From positions 51,160 through 115,159 of the forward strand of contig NIVC01001383.1 of NCBI GenBank assembly GCA_002269645.1: a stretch of 64,000 bases of DNA. The letters are read 5' to 3'. Every line of letters starts with the position of its first letter. The first letter of the stretch is position 1. Origin of the DNA: Macrostomum lignano (Eukaryota). The notes beneath the pieces are model-generated. The model worked only from the letters and a program-made list of their open reading frames with translations, searched no databases and had not been told where the DNA came from. The position numbers and the translations under genes are program-made. Positions 36,476 to 49,367 of the stretch are shown piece by piece.

Positions 36476-37417
36476 ATCGACCCTGTGCAGACTGCAGAGA
36501 CCCCTGTTTTTGGATTGATAGACCCTGTGCAGACTGCAGAGACCCCTGTTTTTGGATTGATAGACCCTGTGCAGACTGCAGAGACCCCTGTTCTTGGATT
36601 GATAGACCCTGTGCAGACTGCAGAGACCCCTGTTCTTGGATTGATAGACCCTGTGCAGACTGCAGAGACCCCTGTTTTTGGATTGATAGACCCTGTGCAG
36701 ACTGCAGAGACCCCTGTTCTTGGATTGATAGACCCTGTGCAGACTGCAGAGACCCCTGTTCTTGGATTGATAGACCCTGTGCAGACTGCAGAGACCCCTG
36801 TTCTTGGATTGATAGACCCTGTGCAGACTGCAGAGACCCCTGTTTTTGGATTGATAGACCCTGTGCAGACTGCAGAGACCCCTGTTTTTGGATTGATAGA
36901 CCCTGTGCAGACTGCTGAGAGACCCCTGTTCTTTGATTGACAAACCCTGTGCAGACTGCAGAGACCCCTGTTCTTTGATTGATAGACCCTGTGCAGACTG
37001 CTGAGAGACCCCTGTTCTTTGATTGATAGACCCTGTGCAGACTGCTGAGAGACCCCTGTTCTTTGATTGATAGACCCTGTGCAGACTGCTGAGAGACCCC
37101 TGTTCTTTGATTGATAGACCCTGTGCAGACTGCTGAGAGACCCCTGTTCTTTGATTGATAGACCCTGTGCAGACTGCTGAGAGACCCCTGTTCTTTGATT
37201 GATAGACCCTGTGCAGACTGCTGAGAGACCCCTGTTCTTTGATTGATAGACCCTGTGCAGACTGCTGAGAGACCCCTGTTCTTTGATTGATAGACCCTGT
37301 GCAGACTGCTGAGAGACCCCTGTTCTTTGATTGATAGACCCTGTGCAGACTGCTGAGAGACCCCTGTTCTTTGATTGATAGACCCTGTGCAGACTGCTGA
37401 GAGACCCCTGTTCTTTG
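36476..37417. repeat. 42-bp then 44-bp minisatellite (GATAGACCCTGTGCAGACTGC...)n
   Basis: 42-bp units to about 36900, then 44-bp units; lies between donor 36425 and acceptor 37585. Confidence 0.96.
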
Positions 37418-37602
37418 GTAGAGCCGCTGCCCCGCAGTTTCAATATTGTGTGAAAAATTGCTAACAGAGCTCTCATTGGTTAATCATTTCTATTCGCACG
37501 CAGCAGCCAAATGCCCATAATTTTTAAATATTAGCGCTCAGCAAAAGCCCTCAACAGTGATAAGCATCCTTATTTCTCTAAATAGCCGACGCAATTTATT
37601 GC

Positions 37603-40600
37603 ATGCGCATTGACATGGCCGTACAGGAAGCTGAATATGGAACCTGGAAATCGCCAATCACCGCCAGCTCGGTGTCTTCTGCCGGTGTCTATCTATTCGA
37701 CTTAACTGTCGACTCGAATATCGAGCTCAACGATGGCACAGTCTACTGGATTGAAGGTCGGCCAGCCGAGGCCGGCCGCTACGTTGTGTGCTCGTGTCCG
37801 ACCGGCTCCACGGATCCCGTGTCCTGGACGCCAGCCGGTTTGAGCGCCCGGACTCGGGTGCACGAATACGGCGGCGGAGCTCTGCTAGTGTACAATGGCG
37901 CAGTGTACTTTAGCAACATGGCCGACCAGCGGGTCTATAGGCAGGATAAGCCGGACGGACCGGCTGAACCGGTGACGCCCGAGGGAGAGTACTTCTATGC
38001 CGATGGTTGCTATGCGGCAGCGTGAGTCAGGGAGCGCTAAGTTGGCCTTACCTGAGGGAACCTTCCCTACCTGAGGGAACCTTCCCTACCTGAGGGAACC
38101 TTCCCTACCTGAGGGAACCTTCCCTACCTGAGGGAACCTTCCCTATCTGAGGGAACCTTCCCTACCTGAGGGAACCTTTTCTATCTGAGGGAGCCTTACC
38201 TATCTAAGTTAACCCAGGAATATGAATTATTATTCATAATAAATAAACGAATAAAAAGTAAATTGCACCCACCTGGCAGCACGGCCGGCGGTCGAATATA
38301 CTACGTACGCGAAGACCACGAAGTGGTTCGCAGCGGTTCGCGCAAAGAAGCTGAAAACTGCCTAGTGCTGGTCAGCCCCTCTGGCGCCCAGCCTCCACAG
38401 GTGGTAGCCTCAGGCCGGGATTTCTACTCTTCTCCGCGCGTATCGGCCGACTGTTCCAAGCTCGCCTGGATCCAATGGGATCATCCCAACATGCCGTGGG
38501 ACGCTACTCAGCTCTGCTGGGCCGCGCTAGACCCGGCAACCGGCCTCCCATTAGCCAATGCTATCAATACTGTTCAGGTGCCCGGCAGCGGGCCTGAGCT
38601 CAATTTGCAGTATCCGGCCTGGGCTTCGGCCAACCGACTGTTGTACATTGGCGATCAATCCGGCTATTGGAATCTGTACTCGGTGGACACCGCCGCCGGG
38701 GCTAGTAGCAACCATGCCAGTCTGTATCCAGCTAAGCAGGATCTGGCTAGCCCGGCCTGGATGTTTGCCCAGCATCCCCACTGTTTGGAGCGGCCTGCGG
38801 GCGGCGGCACCAGAGTCCTGCTGGTTTCTGGCGACTCGGTGCTCCGTTTGGATGCCGAGAGCGGGTCGGCTGAGCCGCTGGCCCAGTTTAAGGTGAGCTT
38901 CTATCTCTACAACTCTCGCATTCTATCTCTACAACTCTCGCATTCTATCTCTTCAACTGTCGCATTCTATCTCTACAGCTCTCGCATTCTATCTCTACAG
39001 CTCTCGCATTCTATCTCTGCAGCTCTCGCATTCTATCTCTTCAACTGTCGCATTCTATCTCTACAGCTCTCGCATTCTATCTCTACAGCTCTCGCATTCT
39101 ATCTCTTCAACTGTCGCATTCTATCTCTTCAACTGTCGCATTCTATCTCTTCAACTCTCGCATTCTATCTCTTCAACTGTCGCATTCTATCTCTTCAACT
39201 CTCGCATTCTATCTCTTCAACTGTCGCATTCTATCTCTTCAACTCTCGCATTCTATCTCTTCAACTCTCGCATTCTATCTCTACAACTGTCGCATTCTAT
39301 CTCTTCAACTGTCGCATTCTATCTCTTCAACTCTCGCATTCTATCTCTTCAACTGTCGCATTACTATCTCTACAACTCTCGCATTCTATCTCTTCAACTG
39401 TCGCATTCTATCTCTTCAACTCTCGCATTCTATCTCTTCAACTGTCGCATTCTATCTCTTCAACTCTCGCATTCTATCTCTTCAACTCTCGCATTCTATC
39501 TCTACAACTGTCGCATTCTATCTCTTCAACTGTCGCATTCTATCTCTTCAACTCTCGCATTCTATCTCTTCAACTGTCGCATTCTATCTCTTCAACTGTC
39601 GCATTACTATCTCTACAACTCTCGCATTCTATCTCTACAGCTCTCGCATTCTATCTCTACAGCTCTCGCATTCTATCTCTACAGCTCTCGCATTCTATCT
39701 CTACAGCTCTCACATTCTATCTCTACAGCTCTCGCATTCTATCTCTACAACTCTCGCATTCCATCTCTACAGCTCTCACATTCTATCTCTACAGCTCTCG
39801 CATTCTATCTCTACAGCTCTCGCATTCTATCTCTACAGCTCTCGCATTCTATCTCTACAACAAACGCAGGTCTCTGGCTACAACAGCATCAAATATCCCA
39901 AATGGTCGGGCGGTTACTTCTACGCCGTGGCCAGTTCGGCCGTGTCGCCGCCCGCCGTGATCCGCTATCGGCTTGAGAGCGGCTCTATTGAAGTGTTGCG
40001 ACTGTCAAATTCGCTTAAATTTGACGTGGGTAAGGCAACAGACAGGTGGGCGGGTTGGCGGTTGAGTGACGCAATTCGAAGTTCATGCCTGATAGTTGGT
40101 CTTGGAGCTTGTTATGCTAATTTAAAAAAAAATCAAAAACTACAAGCAGTACTCTGTAAAGTCCAGCAACATAATAGACATACTACTCGTAGTAGTACAT
40201 AGACATACTAGTAGTAGAATGACTTTAATATTTTAGAAGGCAGGTTGTTTTTCGAAAAATACACAACGGAGATAGGAAGTTTTCATTTTTTCAGCACAAA
40301 AATTGTTATTGCTTTCGATAGGTAGCAGACCCAGGGTTCATCCTTTGACATGTTTTGCCGTCCTTTAGCTCAATTGATATTTATAAAACCTTTTCGTTCA
40401 GAAAATTAGGACTCTATGTTAGTTTTTTATTGCACGTACATTCCCATTTACACATATTGCTGAACAGTCAGCTAAGAATGGTAAAATAGATTCATAAATC
40501 AATGAGCCGAGCCGTGCCATTTTAATGCTCTTTAGGCACAGAGGACATGTACAATTGTACGTAGAATCAAAAAATAAGCATAGAATCCTAATTTTCGAAA

Positions 40601-43270
40601 CGAAAAGCCTTATGAATATCAATAGAGAGCTATAAGAAAGGCACAGCATGTCAAAGGATGAGCCCCATGTCTGCTACCCATCGAAAGCAATCTCCGTAGT
40701 GTCTTTTTTTCTAAAAACCAGCCTACTTACAAGTTTTCTTGATCCCAATCTTGCACAAGCATCAGCCGCTCCAACGCAATCCGCTGCGACCCGCAGGCTA
40801 TATTTCCGTTGCTCAACCGATCGAATTCCCGACGGCCAACGGGGCCACCGCTCACGCCTATTATTATCCGCCGCGCAATCGCGATTTCGTTGCCCCGTCC
40901 GGCTCCCGGCCGCCGCTGTTGGTACGCGCACACGGCGGGCCGACAGCCGCCGCCTCGCCGTCGCTTAGCCTGAAGATCCAGTACTGGACTAGCCGCGGCT
41001 ACGCTCTGGCCGACGTTGATTATCGCGGCAGCACGGGCTACGGCACCGTTTATAGAAATCTGCTGCGCTACAACTGGGGCATTGCCGATGTTGACGACTG
41101 TTGCGCTGTTGTGCGCTACCTGGCCAATAAGGTGTGTAGATTGACTAATTTATCCCTAATTTAGAAATTCCCATCATAGATCTACGAATCCCCATCCTAG
41201 ATCTAGGAATCCCCATCCTAAATCTGGGAATTCCCTTCCTAAATCTGGGAATTCCCGTCCTAGATATGAAAATTCCCATCTCAGATCTGGGGATTCCATT
41301 CTAGATCCGGAAATCTCATCCTAAATCTGGAAATCCCATCCTAGATCTGGGAATCCCATCCTAAATCTTGTAACCTCTCCTAGATCTGAAAATTCCCATC
41401 CCAAGTGTGGGAATCCCATTCAGGATCTGGGAATCCATCCTAGATCTACGGGAATCTATCTTAGATCTGGGGCTCCCTATCTTAGATCTGGGGCTCCCTA
41501 TCTTAGATCTGGGGCTCCCTATCTTAAATCTGGGGCTCCCTATCTTAGATCTGGGGCTCCCTATCTTAGATCTGGGGCTCCCTATCTTAGATCTGGGGCT
41601 CCCTATCTTAGATCTGGGGCTCCCTATCTTAGATCTGGGGCTCCCTATCTTAAATCTGGGGCTCCCTATCTTAGATCTGGGGCTCCCTATCTTAGATCTG
41701 GGGCTCCCTATCTTAGATCTGGGGCTGCCTATCTTAGATCTGAGGCTCCCTATCTTAGATCTGGGGCTCCCTATCTTAGATCTGGGGCTCCCTATTCAAA
41801 ATCTGGAAATCCCATCCTAAATCTAGAAACACCATTCCTAAATTAAATCTAGTAAATCCAAATCCAAATTCCTAACTCTTATCCATGGTTTTGATTAAGA
41901 ATCATTCTATAAACTCAGTGATCCCATCGCTAATAATTATCCTAAGGGCCTGGCCGATCCCCGCCGAGCCTGCATTGACGGCGGCAGTGCCGGCGGCTAC
42001 ACAACCCTGGCCTGTCTGGCGTTTCGCGATACTTTTAGCGCCGGCGCCAGCCACTACGGCGTCGCCGATCTGCAGCTGCTTCGGGCCGACACGCACAAGT
42101 TCGAGTCGCGCTATTTGGACAATCTGATTGGCCGTACTCCTGAGGAGGTCAGCCGAGCCTGTGTTGAGCGATCGCCTATTCACCACGTAGACAAGATTTC
42201 CTGCCCGCTGATATTGTTTCAGGTGAGAATAGTTTTGTTTTGGGGAATCCCCGTTTGGATCTTGTTTTACGAGCTAATAATCTCGCGGATTCCCCGTTTG
42301 ATTCTTGGTGATAAACCTCTGGGATTCCCCGTTTGGCTCTTGGTGATTAACCTTGGGGATTCCCCGTTTGATTCTTGGTGATAAACCTCTGGAATTCCCC
42401 GTTTGGTTCTTGGTGATAAACCTCTGGGATTCCCCGTTTGATTCTTGGTGATAAACCTCTGGAATTCCCCGTTTGGTTCTTGGTGATAAACCTCTGGAAT
42501 TCCCCGTTTGGTTCTTGGTGATAAACCTCTGGGATTCCCCGTTTGATTCTTGGTGATAAACCTCTGGAATTCCCCGTTTGGCTCTTTGTGATAAACCACT
42601 GGAATTCCCCGTTTGGCTCTTGGTGATAAACATCTGGGATTCCCCGGTTGATTCTTGGTGATAAATATATGGGATTCCCCGCTTAATTCTTGATGATAAA
42701 CCTCTGGGATTCCCCGTTTGATTCTTTGTGATAAACATCTGGGATTTCCCGTTTGGCTCTTGGTGATAAACCTCTGGGATTCCCCGTTTGGCTCTTGGTG
42801 ATAAACCTCTGGGATTCCCCGTTTGGTTCTTGGTGATAAACCTCTGGGATTCCCCGTTTGGTTCTTGGTGATAAACCCCTGGGATTCCCCGTTTGGTTCT
42901 TGGTGATGAATCCCTGGGATTCCCCGTTTGATTCTTACTGATGAATCTCTTCATTATTCCAAAATCCCACACTTTTCTAGTTTTATTCCCTATCCTGTAA
43001 TCCCATCGTATCCCCGCCCACCTTCCTCAGGGCGACGAGGACCGCATAGTGCCGCCCAACCAGGCCGAGCTGATGTTCGCCAAGGTGCGCGAGAAAGGCC
43101 TGCCCTGCGCCTACCTGCTGTTCCCCGGAGAGCAGCACGGATTCCGCAAGGCTGAGAACATCAACAAGTCATTGGATGGCCAATTTTATTTCTTTGCTAA
43201 GCTGTTCGGCTTTCAGCCTGCCGATTCAGGCATCGAAGTGGACATTGTTAATCTGCCTAGCGACAAGTAA
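37603..43270 (+). CDS. S9 family serine peptidase (dipeptidyl aminopeptidase/acylaminoacyl-peptidase-like), 680 aa; exons 37603..38021, 38280..38892, 39870..40029, 40797..41131, 41947..42222, 43031..43270
   Basis: [45 protein letters not shown], nucleophile GGSAGG, QG-ED (Asp) and GEQHGF (His). Phases 2, 0, 1, 0, 0 are consistent. A possible upstream mini-exon 36409..36424 joins in frame via acceptor 37585. Confidence 0.92.
38047..38205. repeat. 19-bp tandem repeat (ACCTGAGGGAACCTTCCCT)n, S9 peptidase intron
   Basis: About 8 direct copies. Confidence 0.9.
38899..39860. repeat. 22-bp minisatellite (TTCTATCTCTACAACTCTCGCA)n filling an S9 peptidase intron
   Basis: Begins 6 nt after the donor and ends about 9 nt before the acceptor; explains the spurious tail of ORF 38263..39960. 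Confidence 0.96.
41160..41870. repeat. 21-bp minisatellite (CTATCTTAGATCTGGGGCTCC)n with degenerate flanks
   Basis: Direct periodicity, intronic. Confidence 0.93.
42240..42935. repeat. 35-bp minisatellite (TTGGTGATAAACCTCTGGGATTCCCCGTTTGATTC)n
   Basis: Period 35, intronic. Confidence 0.94.
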
Positions 43271-44399
43271 TTGGTGTTGCTTCAACTAATACGAGTAGAT
43301 AACTTTTTGTCTTCAAATTATATCTTTCATTAATTAGATCCCGATTTTAGTCGATGAAAAATCTAAAGCTAAAATTCGATTAACAATCCTATATTAGTAG
43401 TAGAGGATAGCACAGTTCTGCCGTTGGAAAAGCCGCGGAAATTCCGTAGGCCCCAAGTGAAAGTACATAGGCCACTTGTGTTTACACTGATCGCGAGACT
43501 CTGCCGCGGGAAAGTCGCGGAAATTCCGTGGGGGCTACAATAATTGAACACGGCCATGCTATGTGCTTAGGTAGAAGAACGTAAGTCACACTTGATTTAT
43601 TTTGTTAGAATCAGATCAGATGCTTATGCTCATAGTTTAATGACTTTTTGCAACGCCAGCCTCACCCCCAGCTTGCATAAACAACTTTATAATTAAAATT
43701 GCTTTCATTGTGTCTTGATTATTCGATTTCATAGCTATTCCAGATAATTGTTAAGTATGTTATTAATAATATGAAAGTCGCGTACTGATTTCTTTGTCCA
43801 TTTCGTGTGCCACCGAAAAGAAGGTATAGCTTTATTCTGGCTGCCAGCTTTCTAAAATAATTACCTACTTAGTAGTTTTATGCTGTGTTGTAATAATATA
43901 ATTATTGATCGTTCAATTAAAATATTTTATATTTTTAAATAAATAAACTTATCAATTTTATCAGAGTGCTACTGATTCATTGTAGGCACTATAATGTGAG
44001 TTTATGAGCCACTGTCGCTGTTTTTCCCTATTGCTCAGATAGTCCAATAGAGTTTGTAAGTATTCAATTCACTGGGTACACTATGAAATTGGTAAATGCT
44101 TATAGCAGTGTGTTCATATTTCGGTCACATTTCTTTACCATATGGTCACATTCCTAATCTTAAGGTCACATTTCTAACCTTATGATCAGGTCACATTTTT
44201 CAACCATAAGGTTACATTTCTAAACCTTACGGTGTAAAATTTCTAAGCTTTTGGTCGTTTTTCTAAACCCTACGTACTCATATTCCCAATATTACAGGCA
44301 CATTTTTCTACTTACAGTAGTTTTATATATTTTTTTCGTTAGATACTACTTTTTTAAATGAGTAGCTTTAAACGCGTTTATGTTTCGCTCCTTGACTAA

Positions 44400-47300
44400 A
44401 TGGAAGAATTAGCCAATTTTATTAATTGCGTTGGCTGCAACAGATCGCACGCTGATTGGCTGATAATTGACTGTCTGCACTCTGTCTGCCAGTGCTGCGT
44501 GGCCAGGCAGCACTATAAGAATCGGCAGCTCGATCAGCTTGTCTTATCTGACGAATTAGATAAGATACAATTAACCAAACAGCTGATGCTTGACCAGCCT
44601 ATCGAGTGTCCCAGCTGTCAGAGGCCTGTTAGCGCCGGTCAAGCCTGTGAGAATTTCCTGTTGCTTTTGGCTGGCCCGCCTGCGCAGCGGTTTTGCAACC
44701 AGGAGGTCTGCATACAGGTTAACACGCACGCGGAGGCTGAGCCTGCTGTAGAGTTCTGCCTCGGCTGCGACAGATATAACTGCTACGTATATCAGACTGG
44801 GCATCTGTGCATGCCGGATTTGTCAGCTAATAGTCACATCACCCTGCCAGTGAATCGGCCTCCGCTAGACGATTGGGACGGCCCGGCCTGCCAGCATTCG
44901 GCTACTCAGCGTTGGCCAATCCAGCGGCTCTGTCTGCGCTGCGATTCTCTGCTGTGCGAGGATTGCGCCAACTATGAGCACGACCGATCGCACGCTGACA
45001 GGATTGTACTGGTGACCGAGCCGGCCGCTTGGGCCAGACTGCTGGCTAGGCTCAGAGCAGTTGGAGATCTCACTGCCAATCAGGTTCGCGAACTGAAAAC
45101 CGGCTGTAGTCAGGCGCAATCAGCTATTGGAGGCTTGGATGCCAATTTTAAACAGGCGGTGGATCAGTGGCAGGATATGAAGACGGTTATTTCCTCCGAT
45201 TACTTTTTGAAGGCAAGCGACCAGCTGAGGACGGAGCTGTATAAGGCCGTGAGTTACACAAGGGCGCTTGAAGACCAACATTTCTGCCTGACCAACCTCC
45301 ACAGTTCTGACTAACAACCCCCCACAGTTCTGCCTAACAACCCCCCCACAGTTCTGCCTGACCAACCCACCTCCACAGTTCTGCCTAACAACCCCCCACA
45401 GTTCTGCCTAACAACCCCCCCCCACAGTTCTGCCCTAACAACCCCCCACAGTTCTGCCTAACAACCCCCCCACAGTTCTGCCCTAACAACCCCCCACAGT
45501 TCTGCCTAACAACCCCCCACAGTTCTGCCTGACCAACCCACCTCCACAGTTCTGCCTAACAACCCCCCACAGTTCTGCCTGACCAACCCACCTCCACAGT
45601 TCTGCCTAACAACCCCCCACAGTTCTGCCTAACAACCCCCCACAGTTCTGCCTGACCAACCTCCCCCACAGTTCTGCCTAACAACCCCCCCCACAGTTCT
45701 GCCTAACAACCCCCCACAGTTCTGCCTAACAACCCCCCACAGTTCTGCCTAACAACCCCCCCCACAGTTCTGCCTAACAACCCCCCCACAGTTCTGCCTG
45801 ACCAACCTCCCCCACAGTTCTGCCTAACAACCCCCCACAGTTCTGCCTAACAACCCCCCACAGTTCTGCCTGACCAACCTCCCCCACAGTTCTGCCTAAC
45901 AACCCCCCACAGTTCTGCCTAACAACCCCCCCCACAGTTCTGCCTAACAACCCCCCACAGTTCTGCCTAACAACCCCCCCCACAGTTCTGCCTAACAACC
46001 CCCCACAGTTCTGCCTGACCAACCCACCTCCACAGTTCTGCCTAACAACCCCCCACAGTTCTGCCTAACAACCCCCCCACAGTTCTGCCTAACAACCCCC
46101 CCCACAGTTCTGCCTAACAACCCCCCCCACAGTTCTGCCTAACAACCCCCCACAGTTCTGCCTAACAACCCCCCCCACAGTTCTGCCTGACCAACCTCCC
46201 CACAGTTCTGCCTAACAACCCCCCCACAGTTCTGCCTAACAACCCCCCCCACAGTTCTGCCTGACCAACCTCCCCACAGTTCTGCCTGACCAACCTCCCC
46301 ACAGTTCTGCCTAACAACCCCCCCCACAGTTCTGCCTAACAACCCCCCCACAGTTCTGCCTAACAACCCCCCACAGTTCTGCCTAACAACCCCCCCACAG
46401 TTCTGCCTAACAACCCCCCCACAGTTCTGCCTAACAACCCCCCCCACAGTTCTGCCTAACAACCCCCCACAGTTCTGCCTAACAACCCCCCCCACAGTTC
46501 TGCCTGACCAACCCACCTCCACAGTTCTGCCTAACAACCCCCCCACAGTTCTGCCTAACAACCCCCCCCCACAGTTCTGCCTGACCAACCCCCCCCCACA
46601 GTTCTGCCTAACAACCCCCCCCACAGTTCTGCCTGACCAACCCCCCCCCCACAGTTCTGCCTGACCAACCCCCCCCACAGTTCTGCCTGACCAACCTCCC
46701 CACAGTTCTGCCTAACAACCCCCCACAGTTCTGCCTGACCAACCTCCCCACAGTTCTGCCTAACAACCCCCCCCCACAGTTCTGCCTAACAACCCCCCAC
46801 AGTTCTGCCTGACCAACCTCCCCACAGTTCTGCCTGACCAACCTCCCCACAGTTCTGCCTAACAACCCCCCACAGTTCTGCCTAACAACCCCCCCACAGT
46901 TCTGCCTAACAACCCCCCCCACAGTTCTGCCTAACAAACCTTGTCCATCCAATGTACAAATGCATGCAATTTTTTCACTCCACCTCATTTCTCCCTACTA
47001 TTGCGTACCGCAGTTCACAGACGAGAAACTCAAGCTGAGTCAATCGGACGAAACCCAATGCGATCAGGCGCTACGCTGCGGTCGCCTTGCCGACCTATTC
47101 GACGCTGTACTAGCAGAGGCTCGGGAGTCGCTTTCGCGCCCAGTCGGCTCCTCTGTCGGTGACAGCGGTAGCGGCGGTGCATTTCCGCCGCCTGCTTCGG
47201 CCGAGGCGGTCACCTTGGCGCTGCGCTACTGCCTGACGGAGCTGGACGACACCGGCTTGGGCGGCGGCGCCGGCATCGGAGGTTCCGTCGAGACCGCCGG

Positions 47301-49239
47301 CAGCGATGATAATGCAGAAGATTGCGTAGTAGATGTCAGTTCAACTCTGGACGGTGCCAGACTGAAATTTGACGAGACTGCCTGCCGGATTGAGTTGAAA
47401 AAATGGTCGACTATCACAACTTATGATCTGGATGATGATGGTGAGTTGTGTCGTCGGATCGATTGCTTTTACAGTCTATTTAATATTATTAATGTTGTTT
47501 ACTATCTTAAAGTATATTCTAAGTCAAAACTTTGTTTGGAATCTTGTCGGATATAGGTCATTTTGATACTATAGAATCTTGTCAGATATAGGTCATTTTG
47601 ATACTATAGAATCTTGTCGGATATAGGTCATTTTGATACTATAGAATCTTGTCAGATATAGGTCATTTTGATACTATAGAATCTTGTCGGATATAGGTCA
47701 TTTTGATACTATAGAATCTTGTCAGATATGGGTCATTTTGAAATTAGTATCTTGTCAGATATGCGCCATTTTGATACTAGAATCTTGTCAGATATGGGTC
47801 ATTTTGATATTAGTATCTTGTCAGATATGCGCCATTTTGATACTAGAATCTTGTCAGATATGGGTCATTTTGATACTATAGAATCTTGTCAGATATGGGT
47901 CATTTTGAAGTTAGTATCTTGTCAGATATGCGTCATTTTGATACTAGAATCTTGTCAGATATGGGTCATTTTGAAATTAGTATCTTGTCAGATATGCGCC
48001 ATTTTGATACTAGAATCTTGTCAGATATGGGTCATTTTGATACTAGAATCTTGTCAGATATGGGTCATTTTGATACTATAATCTTGTCAGATATGGGTCA
48101 TTTTGATACTATAGAATCTTGTCAGATATGGGTCATTTTGAAGTTAGTATCTTGTCAGATATGCGTCATTTTGATACTAGAATCTTGTCAGATTTGGGTA
48201 ATTTTGGTAATAAAATCTTGTCAGATATGGGTCATTTTGATATTAGAATCTTGTCAGATATGGGTCATTTTAACACTAGAATCTTGTCAGATATGGGTCA
48301 TTTTGATACTAGAATCTTGTCAGATATGGGTCATTTTGATACTAGAATCTTGTCAGATATGGGTCATTTTGATACTATAATCTTGTCAGATATGGGTCAT
48401 TTTGATACTATAGAATCTTGTCAGATATGGGTCATTTTGAAGTTAGTATCTTGTCAGATATGCGTCATTTTGATACTAGAATCTTGTCAGATTTGGGTAA
48501 TTTTGGTAATAAAATCTTGTCAGATATGGGTCATTTTGATATTAGAATCTTGTCAGATATGGGTCATTTTGATACTAGAATCTTGTCAGATATGGGTCAT
48601 TTTGATACTATAGAATCTTGTCAGATATGGGTCATTTTAACACTAGAATCTTGTCAGATATGGGTCATTTTGATACTAGAATCTTGTCAGATATGGGTCA
48701 TTTTGATACTAGAATTTTTTCAGATTTAGATGGTTGCAATCTTGCCTCATATAACAGACACGAACGCCAATCAACCGGAATCTGCTGACCCCACTGACTC
48801 CGCCGCCGCTGCCTCGGTGCCTCAGTCAGTCCCCGTCACGCAGCAGCCCTGCGCCATCTGCGGCTCCTCGGGCGATGACGCAAGCGGCCGCAAACTTTTT
48901 GTTTGCTCAGCCTGCCAGCTGCCGCTGCACGCGGCCTGTCAGCCATTGTTTAACGACAGCTGCGCAGACTCCAGCGGACTTTGCGTTCTATGCGACATTA
49001 ACAATGAGTCACCTGATGTTGAGTCCGGCAAGGTGCGCCGAGTCTTGGCCTGGTTGTTATTAGCTAGGCCGCATCCGCGCCTCACAAAGCTCGCCCAGCG
49101 CATTGCCAAGGCCGCCCGGCCAATCGGACTGGCCGGCCTGTCCGAGGAGATTCGATTAGCGCTGGCTAAGCTGCACGATCCGACCCGGTCCGCTCAGCTG
49201 TGCGCCCAGCTCAAACAGCTCGGGGTGGCCACCGCCTAG
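44400..49239 (+). CDS. TRIM/RBCC protein with a C-terminal PHD finger (TIF1/bonus-like), 585 aa; exons 44400..45248, 47014..47440, 48758..49239
   Basis: RING (CVGC..CLHSVCQCC..CPSC), two B-box-like Cys/His clusters, a coiled coil and a C4HC3 PHD (CAICG..FVCSAC..HAAC..CVLC). GT-AG phases 0, 1. Confidence 0.8.
45290..46937. repeat. ~23-27-bp C-rich minisatellite (AACAACCCCCCACAGTTCTGCCT)n with variable poly-C, TRIM intron 1
   Basis: Direct periodicity. Confidence 0.95.
47538..48715. repeat. 33/35-bp minisatellite (GAATCTTGTCAGATATGGGTCATTTTGATACTA)n, TRIM intron 2
   Basis: Direct periodicity with higher-order blocks of 233 and 299 bp. Confidence 0.95.
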
Positions 49240-49367
49240 ATTTGTAACTCCGGTTTATGACCCATGTGTGTGTACTTGCGCTAATTCTAACAAGACTTTA
49301 TTCATACTTTAGCAATCGATTTCATAGTTGGAATGAATTAACACATTAAAAATAAGGCTTCACAATC

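Noticed and set aside
43418-43532. Two ~32-bp direct repeats (GCGGAAATTCCGT core) downstream of the S9 peptidase
   Set aside because: Only two degenerate copies, so no function can be supported from the sequence.
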